DNA of 63,797 bases, filler included, from Octopus bimaculoides (GCF_001194135.2; 4 parts of 4 records of this genome joined end to end with filler, not necessarily neighbours in it); one strand, 5' to 3'. Positions 1 through 14,190 are shown, counted from the whole stretch's first letter. Program-made: numbers and translations. The notes: generated by a model from the sequence alone, not told the origin.

Positions 1-235
1 GCCCTTCCTAACGCCAACCACTCAGAGAGTGTAGTGGGTGCTTTTACGTGTCACCCGCATGAAAACGGCCACGCTCGAAATGGTGTCTTTTATGTGCCAC
101 CCGCACAAGAGCCAGTCCAGGGGCACTGGCAACGATCTCGCTCGCAAACCCTACAAGGCCAGTCAGGCGGTACTGGCAATGGTCACGCTCAGGATGGTAC
201 ATCTTATGTGCCACCCGCACAAGAGCCAGTCCAGG
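1..235 (+). mobile_element. SINE-like/LINE-tail repeat with internal GC-rich sub-repeats (family 3)
   Basis: gcccttcctaacgccaaccactc...gtagtgggtgcttttacgtg recurs at about 23000-23450 (minus) and 55905-56300 (plus). Confidence 0.8.
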
Positions 236-385
236 TGCAGGCATTGGTGTGTGGTAAGAAGTTTGCTTCCCAGGTTGAGTCCAACTGCATGGCACTTTGT
301 TCTCTTCTGCTATAGCCTCTAGCTGACCAAATCCTTGTGAGTAGATTTGATTGACAGAAACTGAAAGAGGCCTATCACAAATATA
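236..385 (+). mobile_element. tRNA-derived SINE (family 2), 5' part
   Basis: Head gtgtggtaagaagtttgcttccc...actgcatggcac..gtcttct..tatagcct. Other copies at about 4200-4360 (-), 6460-6700 (+), 7800-7965 (-) and 27195-27600 (+). Confidence 0.8.
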
Positions 386-589
386 TACATATATATATAT
401 ATTTATACACACATATATATTCCACACTTCTGAAACAGGATAGTTCTGTGAACAATATTCTTGCTCTCTTTGTGTCTAACTTAACACCGCACTCAAGAAA
501 TTAACTGCTGGCAAAGTTATTTCCTTTCACTCCAGCAGGTTGAACCACTATGCATACGCACACACCACATTTGAAAGTAACTCCAATTA

Positions 590-1870
590 CTTTAATCTAA
601 CAAGACCACTGGTCTTGACAATTCTCTTTGACACTCTCTCACAATGCACCACAAAGCTTGCTCCTATATTCTCCAAAATTCTTCAACCTAAATCACTCAA
701 AGAGCATATACCCTGCTATTTGGAAATATGTTCCAGTGTGTCTCATTCCCCAGAAGGCTAATTCCTCTGACCATCTTGTCAAAGTCATTTCCTGTAACTC
801 AAGATAATGGAGATAACTTTAACCTTTTTGCTCTGTGTTTCTTTCGATTATCTTAAAATAAAACAAAGAATTTAGTAAAATAAATTAGTTATCATTAAGC
901 TAGTGTTAGGAACATAAATTGTGACTAAGGTTTGGTGGAAGATTTTAGTTCAAAACTTTTGTAAACAAGACATTTGTACTACAAGACCAGAGGCGGTTTC
1001 AGGTGGGTTGGTATCAAAAGGGTTAACAACAATATTTGCTAACATCATTTGTACTTCCTTGTAATGATTACCATTACAGATTTTGTACAGCTAGATCCAC
1101 TGGAGACCTATCCTCCAGTGCCATCCATTAATGGGCTCTCACTGTAGAGAAATTTGGCAGAAACAGTATTGTTATCTTTCAACATCAGTAAAACTTTTAT
1201 CCAAAGCTCTCATGCGAATCTTCTTTCAAAACTGCCTACTTATAAGCTCTGACTGTCTTTCTTGGATCAGTTGCCTCCTGTTAGACTGCACTATGACAGC
1301 ATATACTTATGAATCTCTTTCTGATTCACATTATTATTCCTACTTTGCCCTAGTGTTTAATTTTATCCTAGTTGTTCTTCCTCCTATGCATAACTTCCAA
1401 CACTGTTCACTCTCATGCAGATTTCAAATTTCATTCCTCACAAACATTTCCTACCCAGTTGTAATCCATAGGCAACATAGACACCTCTTACCCAATTCTA
1501 TGGACAGAGACCTTGAAAAAAATCCTCCTAACCAAGCTTTTCTCTAAAACAGCAAAAAATCATAGTTATTACTCATATGAAGAAACTATCATTGTATCTC
1601 ACTGACCTTGAACACGTATAGAATGCAACTAAATCTCTCATAATACTTCAAAGTCCAAACCTCATTTTCATTGAGGATCTCACTTTGAAAATGCACATCT
1701 ATAGCAAGGAGTGCATTGCAAAGCCTCTACTTTTCCTTGAGAAACTATAGATACTTCAGATACCTCCAACTACTAAGAAAACTCAGGCAAAATCTATGAT
1801 GGAGCATTGACCCCACCACATCTGGTGCTATTTAGAAACACATTGAAACTATTAAGAAAAAGATTGCTAA
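590..1870 (+). mobile_element. Degenerate CR1/L2/Jockey-group LINE reverse transcriptase remnant, interrupted by a MITE
   Basis: Frameshifted fragments LSQCTTKLAPIFSKI..IYPAIWKYVPVCLIPQKANSSD, TARSTGDL and ISKTF..HANLLSKLP resemble RT subdomains. Confidence 0.55.
819..1026. mobile_element. piggyBac-type MITE
   Basis: TTAA at 819-822 and 1023-1026. Imperfect terminal inverted repeats ttaacctttttg / caaaagggttaa. Confidence 0.5.
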
Positions 1871-2929
1871 ACTAGTTACTCATTTATACACTTCAGTCTC
1901 CAACCTACAGACATGCTGTCTCCTTTCTCTCTCTCTCTTTTCCTCTCTCTCTCTGTCGCTCACTCTGTCTTTTTCTGTGGATTGATTGATTGGCAATTTT
2001 TCTATTTGTTTTTCTACCACTGCTACAATGCTGTTCAGAGGAGCATTGATTTCATGCCATTTCCACTCCTGTCTCCCTTTTCTGATCACTTCTCATTATG
2101 CATGTTGTGTCCACTGACCAAATCTTTAACCCATCCTTTCTAAGCAGATTGTTGATTCAGCAATTTACTAATGCAGTTCATAAAAAGTAATGCATCAATC
2201 AAGAAAATCTAGGAATATGAAATTGCATGGACTTTTACTTCACATTGAAATTTATTGCATTATACTAGAGCAGCAACAGTACCAATAATTACATTACATG
2301 TTCTGAGAAATTGTCCAAGTAATCATTACAAGTGCACATTAATATTCTAAAACCATTTTTTGCATAAAATCAGTAAAAGGAAATCAGTGCGCCAGCATAT
2401 CTCTAGCCTCTGTAAAAGTAAAAGTAAAGGAAAAACAATTGTTAATTATGAAATTTATGTTCAAAGTAGTTCTGATAATTATAAATATTATATTGTAATT
2501 ACATCTGAATAAGCCGCTGTGTAATTAAATCCAGGATTGAAAAATCAGTGAGCAGATGCTGTTGCTGTCAAGGAATACCTGTTAACAGTTTGCTTCTTAG
2601 GATAGGCTTTACATTTTGTTTGTCAATACATTTAAACTAATGCTAACATGATTTCTCAAAATATTGCTGAATGACCTTATGCATTCATTGTATTCTTCTT
2701 TACTTAAGATTAGTTGGGTGTAGATTGAGGGATATTTGAGTCCTTTGTTTTCAACATATGTGATTATGTAGAAACACTATTGTACAATAAAGTGGACCAG
2801 TAACTTTTGGCAACAGTTATTCCATTACGTAGTAAAAGTCTGAACAAACTATGAAATGTTAAAAATAAATTTTGATTATTCCTAGACTATATCTATTTAC
2901 TCAATGAACACGTGGTAAAAAATGATAAG

Positions 2930-3455
2930 GAAAGTTTGAAAAATCCTGTCTGATGGATCCATAATTTTCAAATCATGACAGAGAAGGAAAACAACAGCAA
3001 TAAAGCTTTTGTAAAGTGTGCAATGTTGAAGTATGAGCTCACAACATTGGTTTAACAAAGTATTCATTAGTTAAAAATTTCAGCTAAGCATTAAAAAAAC
3101 AAATAATAATAATGCTGTAATAATCTCAAATTCACAACCAATCAACGTTTTTATTTTTGCTTTCACCATAAAAATAACAAATTTAGAAATACAGATAGCA
3201 GCATTTGTAACTTGTCATTCGAATATTTGTTGCATCAATCATTTAAGAGAACTTATTAATAATAAACAGATTCCTTCATCTTCAATTGCAGCAGATTTGA
3301 AACCGCATGGAACAAAATTCACAATACTTATAAAAAATAATATTGCTGCATCTTTACTGAAAGAACAAATTAAAAACATAAGCATTAAACAGGTTTCCAT
3401 GATTTTGGACAACTCAGCTGATATTGGTTATGAAAAGAATCTGTATGTGAGTGGT
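2930..3455 (+). mobile_element. Degenerate hAT-like transposase fragment
   Basis: Frameshifted translation KAF.KVCNVEV.AHNIG; EIQIAAFVTCHSNI..NHLRELI; DLKPHGTKFTILIKNNIAASLLKEQIKNISIKQVSMILDNSADIG resembles a hAT N-terminus through the first catalytic Asp (ILDESTD-like). Confidence 0.6.
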
Positions 3456-3867
3456 GAGTGATGGGTGTTACAATAAGTTACATAATATAATTGTATCACA
3501 GTTTTTAGGTTTAATTCCTGTTGCAAAATTTACTGCTGAAATAATGTCTCAAACTTTGTCTTGTGCTTTACGTGTTTCAGTCATTTGACTGTGGTTATGC
3601 TGGGACACCATCTTGCAAAGTTTTAGTCAAACAAATCGATGCCAGGACTTTTTTTATGCCTAGATCTTATTTTATCAGTCCCTTATATTGAACCGCTAAG
3701 TAACAGGCATGTAAACACACCAATACTGTTGTTAACACAACGTTTCAGCTGATACACCCTCCTCCAGCCTTCATCAGGTGTCTTGGGAAAATTTTGTACC
3801 TGGGTTCTCATTCCTAAGGTATTTTTTCGCTGTTGTTGTTATTATTATTCATGGGCATATGGATAGT

Positions 3868-4135
3868 GGTTAAGAGCGCAGGCTACTAACCCCAAGATTC
3901 CGAGTTCTATTCCAGGCAGTGACCTGAATAATAATAATAATAATAATAACAACATCAAAAAAATACCTCAGGAATGAGAACCCAGGTTCGAAATTTCCCC
4001 AAGACATGTGATGAAGGCTGGAGGGTATATCAGCTGAAACATTGTGTTAGCAACAAACAAGATGAGGACAAATATCCGTCAATTGTAAATAATGTACATA
4101 ATTCCTCGTCTCTTAAATATAGAACACCAATATTA
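3868..4135 (+). mobile_element. tRNA-derived SINE with internal (AAT)n
   Basis: Head ggatagtggttaagagcgcaggctactaaccccaagattccgagttctattcc has A-box and B-box-like motifs. An inverted partial copy lies at 3728-3850. Confidence 0.75.
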
Positions 4136-7100
4136 GTTGTCAAGTAGTCGTGTGGACAAAGACACACACACATACACACATACATGTACACACACACTCA
4201 CAACAGCTTTCTTTCAGTTTCCATCTACCAGATCCACTCTCAAGGCTTTGGTCACTCTGAGGCTGCAGTAGAAGATACTTGCCTTAAGGTGTCATGCAGT
4301 GGAACAGAACCTGGAACCATGTGGTTGGGAAGCAAGCTTCTTACCACACAGCCACCCTGTGCTCATGTAAGTGAAATAAGAATTAATATTGGTTTCAAGT
4401 TTTGGTACAAGGCCAACAATTCCCGTGGATAGGGTAAATCATTTACATTGATGCCTGTGCTCAACTGGCACCCATTTTATCGACCCTGAACAAATGTAAG
4501 ATAAATTCAACCTGTGCAAAAACAATTGAAATAGTATTAATCATTGAACACGCCTGAAACGTGCATTTCCATTTGCTAGTGTTATTAACAACATGGTTGC
4601 TCATTTATTGATTAATCAGAAGAAAAGAAAAGATCCATGATTTTTTTTAGATATAGAGGTTAGATGGAAAGTATCCTCAAACTGCTTGCAAGAGAGTGAA
4701 CTGTGCTAAATGTACCCAAAGTGTAGATGATGATGTTATACTGGGAGGTTAAGTGTAGCACCAAAGTAGACTATAGTAGGATTTGAACCCAGAACTCAAA
4801 AGGCCATAAACAATCAGTACACCAAGGTATCTTATCCAATGCTTTAATGACTGGTACTTTATTGATTCAACCTAGTGGAAAGCAAAGGTGATTTCAATGG
4901 GAACTGAACACAGACTGCAAGAAGCTGGAAGAAATGCCTCAAAATACCATAAAACATTTCTTCAATACATCTATCAAATCCACAAATTTATATTATGATT
5001 TTAAATTCTTCATAGGTTGACTTTAATCTTTACAGTGATCAATTCAAATGATAACCCTTTCCCTACATCAAATGGCCTTAAAATTAAATCAAAGAAAATC
5101 AGTGTTACAAGAACACAGTGTTATGAGACTAAAACTTGTTTCCTTGCAGTAGAAACTTTTATTAATTCTGGGAAGTTATGTAATCCAGTACCACTACTGA
5201 ATAGAAGTAGAACAATTCTTTCATCAATCAATGCAAAGATAATTTCATTATAGACTACTAAATAATGTAAAAAGGTTTTAACTTCTATTAATCTGAGATT
5301 GGAAAAGTTATTGAATGATAATTCATGCCAAATATATTTGGGAAATATTAATAAGATATTCACTACTGTTAAGAAATGTTCTAATTCTTGTTTATGACAC
5401 ACCTGAAGCGATAGGAAGATGCTTGAATAATCTAGCAAGTCAAGAACTTAGCAGTTAATAATTCATGGGTCTGGCAAAAGATTGAGATGGTACTTGAGAA
5501 ATAGGTGTCAGCTGAGGGCATGAAATCTTAACAACCTCTAATAATACTAGAATATTGATTGTAGCTAAGATTTACATTCAGTGAGCTAAATGTTGGCACT
5601 TATTGCAGACATACATATGCTACAACAAGAAGTGAGCTCTGTCTTACATGAGAAGCATTCAGGGTTTGAAATTTCAATTCAACTTATATGATTTATAAAT
5701 TTTTTTTGTTTTCTGTATTTTATTTTACCAGTTACTTTTTTTTTTTTATTCCCTAATTTGAAATTTAAAATTAATAAAAACATCTTTTCATAAAATGGAA
5801 TTCAAGAGAGGGTAGGGATTTGAATTTCTATTCAAACTTAAATCACTATTGTGTTGTGTTGTATGCCATTGAAAAAACAGATTTTATATTATAAAATCAA
5901 ATTATTCTAATATAGCTCATATGATTATAATGTATGAAAGTTTTTTCATAGTATTTCTAATGCATCACTTGCAGTACCTTTCAATGTATATGTGTGTGTG
6001 CGTGTGCGTGTGCGTGTGCGTGTGTTTGTGTGTGTGTGAGAGAGAGAGAGAAAAACAGAAAGAGAGTGCATGTACATATCTATCTACCTGTATACCTAAC
6101 TACCTACCTATCTTTTTCTCTCTCTCTTTTTCTCTCTTTCTCTCTATCTATCTATATGTATATCTATATCTATATATATATCTATACACACACACACACA
6201 CACACATATCTATATATAACAAGCTAACACTATATGTGTGTGTGTATGTGCGTGTGTGTGTGTGTGTGTATAAAAATATGATTAGATGATCTGAGTATAG
6301 GAAGTTACTAAGCTTCAAGCAGTGAGTAGCAGGTATAGAGAACAAAACTGGACAGAGTTACACACTTTTTCCCATATCAAATTTCCAAGCTGAGAGTTTC
6401 TATATAACCCACAGTTAGCAACTAGAACTGCTTCACATGCAAATAAAAATCCTAGTTATGGAGTGAAGCAGGTAAAACACATGCTACATGTATTTCTTAG
6501 CTAGCTGCAGTCCTTGGTGTAATAGTTATGCAACGCACTATGCTCAATCTCCTTCCCAAACATGTGGTTTTAGACTCCTTCTTACTGCATTGCATCTTGA
6601 GCAAATGTCTTCTACATAAGCTACAGACTGGGCAAAGCTTTGTAAGTGGATTTGTTTTAGCGGTAGATGGAAAGTGAAGGAAGCCTGTCATAAATATATG
6701 TATATATGTGTGAGTGTCTGTGTGTCAGTGTTTTTGTCCCCTTGTCTTGACATGTTACAGCATCATAAACCTGTGACATGCATCCCTGTCGTACAGTTAT
6801 TGTTGTTCATTTCCAATAGTCTGCAAAAACACATTAGACTATGAAGAAATATTATCCTGCTTGAAAATAGGTGAGGGAAGTGTATCCAGGAACAGTATTC
6901 AGCCATAGGGAACCTATCTCAATATATTCCATCTAACTCATGGAAAAGTGAGAAATTATGATGATTCAAGATATAGCAGCTAGTGTATTTTAATTGCCAA
7001 TATATGATGGCCAGAAACGAATAAACAACTCTTCAAAGCAGTAGATTTCCAACCCCTAAATTATTTGTTTGGTGTCACATTGACCCCAATAATTGTGGAA

Positions 7101-9042
7101 GAACATAACATTTGATGGTTCAAAGATTCAAGGCAGGGTGATGAGAGAGGGAAAATTAAGATGAGAGAAACAGATTTATATTTGTGAGAATGTTGTAGGA
7201 GAGAGAGAGAAACAGAGAAGATATTATTGAGGGAAGATGTATATAAGAGAACACAGGTAAGGGTTTTCTGTCAAGGAATATTAAGAAAGGGAAGGACAAA
7301 GTGGAAATGCGATAAAGTAGAAATGTGATGAAGTGGTTTGTGTCAAGGAATCAAGGGCTATCCTACATTATGAGGGCAAGTATGGATGAAAGGTGTGAAA
7401 GCAAGAGAAAATGAAGGAGGACAATGGGCAAAGGGTGGAGGGAATCTTGAGAATCATAAAAGAAAAGAAAGGTATGAGGATTGTTGGGCAAACTAAAGGT
7501 GGGAGAGATGAGAGGAGCTGTTGAAGAAACAGAGAACAGGACATTAAAAAAATGAAGGAGAGACTGGAATGAGAACCCAGGTTCGAAATTTCCCCAAGAC
7601 ATGTGATGAAGGTTGGAAGGTATATCAGCCGAAACATTGTATTAACAACAAACACGATGAGGACAAATACCCGTCAATTGTAAATAATGTAAATAATGTA
7701 CGTAATACCTCATCGTTTAAATATAGAACACCAATACTAGTTGTCAAGTAGTCGTGGGGACAAACAAAGACACACACACATACATGTACACACACACTCA
7801 CAACAGCTTTCTTTCAGTTTCCATCTACCAGATCCACTCTCAAGGTTTTGGTTGCCTGAGGCTGCAGTAGAAGATACTTGCCTTAAGGTGCCATGCAGTG
7901 GAACTGAACCTGGAACCATGTGGTTGAGAAGCAAGCTTCTTACCACACAGCCACGCCTGTGCTTATGTAAGTGAAATGAGAATTGATGAAGAATGAAGAA
8001 AAGAGAGGCTAGAGATATCATAGAGGTACTGGAGAAGAGTACAGTATACCAGATTGAGGAGGGGGCTGAGGAAAGAGGACGGAAAAAGAAAGAGTTAGGA
8101 GAGGTAGAAGGTAAATGCCTTGAATGCAGAATGAGAAAATTAAAACACTGAACTACTTACTGAAAAGCATTTGTGACAAAATTTTCTATTCTCTCTTACA
8201 TGTCCATTGTTCCAAGTCAAGACAAAATAATGCTTTGTTTTGTCATAGCATAAGAGGGTCCCATAGAAGACGAAACAAAAGTTGTGGCATTCATATGTTT
8301 CTCAAGGCTATTACCAAAATGAGAAAAAATTACTGGGTTCAATCAAAAATCAAGACTATCTCCTGAAGTATTTGAAATATAAGGTTGGCTTGTATAGTTT
8401 AGAGAATAGAAAAATATCATCCATGACATTTGAAGAGCTTCTGAAATGTGTTGGAGAAAATTAGAAATAAGCCACTGCTAATAGACTGCAGCTCACCAAA
8501 ACATCGAGTTATTCCTCAACCAGAGGCCTAATCCAATTATTAACAATGCAAAAACTCATCTAATGGCATCCAAAATAGAAGCAGTAATGTTAAATAAAGT
8601 TAAAAAGAAAAAAACAAGAAGAGAAATAGCTATCCAGTTGACTTCTGCACAGTTTCTATCAAGCAATTCCACTAACAGAACTTAGTTTGACTTAAGTCTA
8701 TGGCAAAATGCACTTTGTCAAGGTGCTGTAGTATAATCAGTCCTGCAAGATGTGATTACAAAGATATATCAAGAAACAATCATTAAAACATAATTTTCTT
8801 TTACAAAAAACTAGTGAAATTTCAATGTCATCATATTGTTAATGATGTTTCTTCTTTGACTTCATTGAATATTTCATATGAACATAACAGTTAACACATT
8901 CAGTAACTTTGAAAGAAACCAATATACTAACTTACATTGACACAATCACATCTGAAGAGATGAAATGCACTCTACATTTACTGAAAATTAATGCAAGCAT
9001 ATATCACATATATATATATATTTATATACATATGTATTTATA

Positions 9043-9098
<56 letters not shown>

Positions 9099-10499
9099 CA
9101 CACATACATACAAATAAATACATACAAATGTGTGTGCGTGTTATACATACAAGCACAAATAATTTGTACCAAGCTGAGACTGAGATTGGGTTACTTCTTT
9201 ATAATAATTCAATTTGCCGCTTTGCTAGGTATGAAGCAAAACCACAGCTAAGACCTAAAACCATCTGCTGCAAGACAGTAGATATAATCTCACCACTTTG
9301 TTAATATATAATTCCATATATATATAATGTACCTTTCATCTAGATTTCTATGATAATCTTTTTGTCTGGAATTTGTGACGTGGATATTTGGATATCACTA
9401 TTCATGAAAGAAAACAAAACAATATGTACATAAACAATATAAATAAAAAAAAATGTGGGAAAGAATAAAAGAAAATAAAATTTATATTATCCTATTTATT
9501 GAAGAAACAAAGAGAATGTGTGTGTGTGTGTGTGTGTACGTAATATTGTAATCTATAATATTATGTAGCTAATAACTGAAAAGATATTAGCAATACCAAT
9601 AATGATACAGATAGTTTCTTCAGAGAAAATTCTCAGCTGTTAAGCTTACAAAGTCCTCAATCTAAGTACTAGATACATTATTTATTTTCTATTGAAATAT
9701 TTCCTTGGAAATGTTTCTTATTGAAGATTATTTTATGTGTCTTGTTTCGCATAATTCTAATAAATTAAAAATTGATTAAAAGTTTTGTTGAAATTTGGGG
9801 ATTAAGGCAAAATTTATTTTGCCTTTTAAATTTATCTAATTAATTAAATCCAATTTACACACCAGAAGTGTAATAATACTTCTGATACATTTGGTGAAGA
9901 AGTGGAGATGCTTTTACATATTCATTCATGTGGTAAATAATTGCAGAAAATATGTATAGAAGACAAGAAGTATGAAAATCAGTTTTGCAAACTAATGATA
10001 TAAGTTAGCATAGATAATGTGTAATTAAAATGTTTATTTTGCAATCATGTATTTTAGAGTTCAATTCCACTGCATAGCTCCTTGGGAATAAGTTTTCATT
10101 CTATCATAACCTCAGGTTAATCCAAGTCATGTAAATGAATTTAGACAGAGAAAAACTGAGATGTTTATTCGTTAACTGGCTTATAAACTATCCTCTTGCA
10201 CTTAGGTGCCTTAGCTGTGTCTACTCTGCTGCATTCGCCTTAGCTGTGTCTACTCTGCTGCATTCACTCAATCTAGAGAAAGATACTTGCCCAGAATGGT
10301 GGATGTAGTATTAAGCCTAAAATGACATGGCTGCAAAGCAAACTTCTAAATCACACAGCTAGGCCTTCACCTATCATAGTCATGCCTATGCCTCATACAG
10401 CCATTTCTTCAGATAAATCCTTTGCCAAAACTTAGTGAGTGTGGTCCTTTATTAAATTAAGCTCACATGTGATTTTCGAATTTTAATTTCTTATCATAC

Positions 10500-11450
10500 T
10501 ACCACACTTGGGATAATCTGAAAGAGCTACTATTTTGGTCAGTTCTTTTGCTCATTAAAATGACTGAAAGTTTCCTACCAAGACTTCTCTTATTCCACTG
10601 AAAGAACTTGTTCCTTTATCCCATAAACATTTCAATGCAAAACTGCAAAGCAACTTTATGAGACATGGTTCACTTGTAAATTATCATTGAACATTGTTTC
10701 AATCCTTCTGAAACTTGTGATCCTTTACTAATGTTACAAATTGCTATCTCATTAATCGTAGAATGAATGAATTGTGATTTGCTTGATCTCCAGGCAGTTG
10801 ATTGGCAGTAATATACAAAAATGCAACTACCACAGAAATTTCCCCATGTTGTCTTACTTCAACCTTCACCAGCCTCATTGGAAATGTTTCTTTTTTCCTT
10901 CCTTCTGTTGCATCAAGATGGAATATTTAATTTACTTTATGTTCAAATTTTATCTTTTTATCACCAAACAGACTAACTTACAGCTGCTATAAATTTAGCC
11001 ATAGACTTATTTATTGTCACAGCATTTCTCATATTAGGGTTTAGTTCCTCTTTGACTGATTACAGATTACTATTAGACAAACCATATTTATGCAATTCAT
11101 CACTATCACTTGCTTAGAACTTTGTCCTTAGTAACAATGAGAACCTTATTGAAGATGATAGCATTGAAATGATTGCCATGCTTAGGACTGTGTCAATGTA
11201 GTTGATATGTTTAACAGTCTGGCAGGTTTCCACTAAATTTTAATCACAGTCTAAAGAGAGATGACATGCTATGTATTTCCAACAGAGCTGCAAAGAGACT
11301 TCAGAGTTTTCAAAGTGATAGCAAAACAACTGCTTCCCTCGTTATTGCTTCCCATTGATATTTATTTTGTTACAAGCTTCACCTGAAACAACCTTCTCTG
11401 CATACAGCACAAACATAACAATCCATTGTTACAATTGGTGATGTAGTAAT
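10500..11450 (-). mobile_element. Highly degenerate hAT (Charlie-like) transposase remnant
   Basis: Only patchy motifs (VCAVCRE, HSFILRL, VNHV..FAVL) separated by many stops and frameshifts. Confidence 0.3.
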
Positions 11451-11789
11451 CTTTATCTTCTGATTTCATGTAGGAGCATCTTTAAGTACATATATCCCTG
11501 CAGATTAGAATGAAGTGTATAGTCTCCCATTAAAATGTAATCAAATCTGATATGTTTCCAATATCTGCCTAATGTGTAATCAAAACTGAGGTGTCTCCAA
11601 GAACAATTTCATTTTTTCCAGGTGTGATATGAAAGAAGTGTATAATTAAGCAGAATTTGAACAAATATATCATCTCTGCAAAGTAATAAGAAAAATAAAA
11701 AGCTTTAAAATTTGCAGTGCCTGTTGGAGCTAGGGCTTGCTGAATCACAATTGTAACATAGTACTGTTATGTATGTATTTGCATGTTGC

Positions 11790-11847
<58 letters not shown>

Positions 11848-12194
11848 CGTACACACACCTGTGCACAAACACAGAAACATGCACACACTCATACAAATGA
11901 CAGAAATGAACGTACAGAATATAGACACACACACAAAGAGCAGAATATAGATGGTATTTATAACAGAGATGATATATGCTTGTGTAGATATCAAAACAGT
12001 GAAGGGTAGATCAACACATTATTTTATTGTATGTTTTGTATCATCATATTTGGAAGATCTATACATGCACACATGCATACATACACACACACACTTTGTG
12101 TGTGTGCACAGTTGATGTATATACTAGCATCTCAGTCTGTCACCTCCCTCCCACCTTAAACAGACACAGAAGTGTTTTCACATACACATGCACT

Positions 12195-12268
<74 letters not shown>

Positions 12269-12534
12269 GGATATATTTTTTTTATGTGAACCTAGGTCAA
12301 CAAAGTCAGAGAATTTTGTTTGATCTCTTGTGGCTCTTTCAATTTCACTACAACTATCTTTTTTCTGTCTCACTACTTCTCTTTCTCTCATCTCTGTCTC
12401 TGTCTGTCTGTATCTGCCTGTCTGCCTCTCTGATGTCTACAACACTTCATTGAATCAACTGATGACAATCACAAATATATAATAGATATATATTCAACAT
12501 AATTTTATGTCCGTTTTTTTTTTTCACACTTGCA

Positions 12535-12830
12535 TGGATTGGACAGGTCTTATTTAGCACAGCATCTCACCACGTGTTGTGGTCCTTTGTTATCTCCCTT
12601 GAGATGTTCAACCTCCTGAGATCTGCTGCCATCACATTTTTCTATGTCTTCTTCCTCCACAGATTCCTACCAGTTGGTTTGCATGGCTGCTCTGTACCCA
12701 TTTTAAAGCCTCAATATACATCATATGTCTGTATCATCTGTCTTCTATCTTGCACCCTATACTTGCTTCATCTTTCATTTCACCTCTTCCAAATTCATAG
12801 ACCAAGTCTCATTACCATTCAACATTGTAC
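12535..12830 (-). mobile_element. RTE-clade LINE 3' end
   Basis: The minus strand reads ...TNW*ESVEEEDIEKCDGSRSQEVEHLK, with frameshifted KTW..V..DLRRLNISRE.TKDHNTW and DAVLNKTC, typical of the RTE C-terminus. Confidence 0.6.
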
Positions 12831-12841
12831 TAATCAAATGT

Positions 12842-13165
12842 AAAGGCAAGTGGTTTAATGGTTAGGGCATTCAGCTAATGATTGTAAGGTCATGCATTCA
12901 ATAACTGGTGGCCGATTGCTTCCTTGAGCAATACATTTTATTTCATGTTGCTCCAATCCACTCAGCTAACAAAAATAAGAAATACCCATATTTCAAACGG
13001 CCAGCGTTGTCCCATTCTGTGCCATGCTGAATGTCTCTTAGAACTATGTTAAAGCAACATGTATCTGTAGAGTGCTCAACCTCTTGCATGTTAATTTCAT
13101 AAACAGGTTGTTCCATCGATCAGATCAAATTGGAACCCTCATTGTCATAACTGATGGAGTGCCAG
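12842..13165 (+). mobile_element. tRNA-derived SINE (family 4) with conserved central domain
   Basis: Head gtggtttaatggttagggcattcagct...; core tccttgagcaatacattttatttcatgttgctccaatccactcagct. Confidence 0.6.
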
Positions 13166-13169
13166 TTTT

Positions 13170-14190
13170 TATATTAATCAAGTACACATCGTACTGTCTG
13201 TCTTTCACCCATAGAGAGAATCCATTTGTTGTTAGCAAAGGTAATAACATGCTGAAATTTTTCCACTCTGTGTTTACTCTAGCTACAATGACTTCAAAAC
13301 AACCACCTCTACTGCTGTTTATCTCATCTAGGTAACAGAAGCAATCACATTTTCCTAGGGAACCTTCCCATTATTTGAAAGACTTTATTTTGCTGGTATT
13401 CTTGCTGTTATCAACTTCTGTGCATTTGCTACTTATAAAGGATTACTTCTTTGTCAATCAGACTATGAAACTACTGCATCTCTTACACTCTCAAAGTTTA
13501 CATTGAGAACTCCATATTGAATTTTTACCTATTTCTGTTACGCTTATCGAGCATGGCCACTTTCCACAAGGCAGTAGTATCTTATTTTTCCAGCAAACAC
13601 TTTTGCAGTTTTGTCTGTGCATATTTTACTTCACAGCTTCTTAATTCTAAGTTTTCTTTCCAGCGGTGGAGTTCCTTCTCTAATTCTTTGATTCATTCAC
13701 CTGTGAAAAGTACGTAATCAGTATGTTTCAAGTACTGAATTTCAGCTACCTAATCATGGCCTGGAAAACTATAATAAACAATAGGATATTGAAAACAGGG
13801 TCCTGATTGACAACTCCCTGTAGGTTAAATTTCTTACTGTAATCATTGCTAACTTTCAGCTGGCATCTCTGAACATAATTTGTGCTGTTCTTACAAGCCA
13901 TATGCTTGCACTTATCTTCTGTCTTGACTATCAGGCTATAGGGTATGGTACCTTGCTGAAGGTTTTCTATATGTCAACAAATGCCTGGTCATGTGTCTCA
14001 CTCTTAGCTGTGAATTTCAGTAGCAGATAACTTACTAAGAAAAGGATATCAGTGGTAATGAACTATAGTAAGAATGTGAACAACACATCTTATATCTCCA
14101 CGCTTTTTCTCACTCCCTCTGACTGGGTAAACATGTACCTCCGCTACAGAAAGACACCTGCTTCTGCGTCTCTGTCCCACTATGACCTTT
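13170..14190 (-). mobile_element. Degenerate RTE LINE RT fragment
   Basis: Homologous by eye to the better-preserved copies at 56.5-62.6 kb (ttttctatatgtcaacaaatgcc, gatatcagtggt, ctagctacaatgac). Confidence 0.6.

Noticed and set aside
3868-3925. tRNA gene
   Set aside because: The cloverleaf is incomplete and continues into a repeat body, so it is a SINE head.
5121-5402. 94-codon minus-strand ORF after a plausible acceptor
   Set aside because: No recognisable homology or good donor. About one ORF of this length is expected by chance in a region this size.
10208-10265. Perfect 29-bp tandem duplication (similar short ones near 31045-31160, 32348-32388 and 33705-33757)
   Set aside because: Ordinary slippage duplications with no sign of function.
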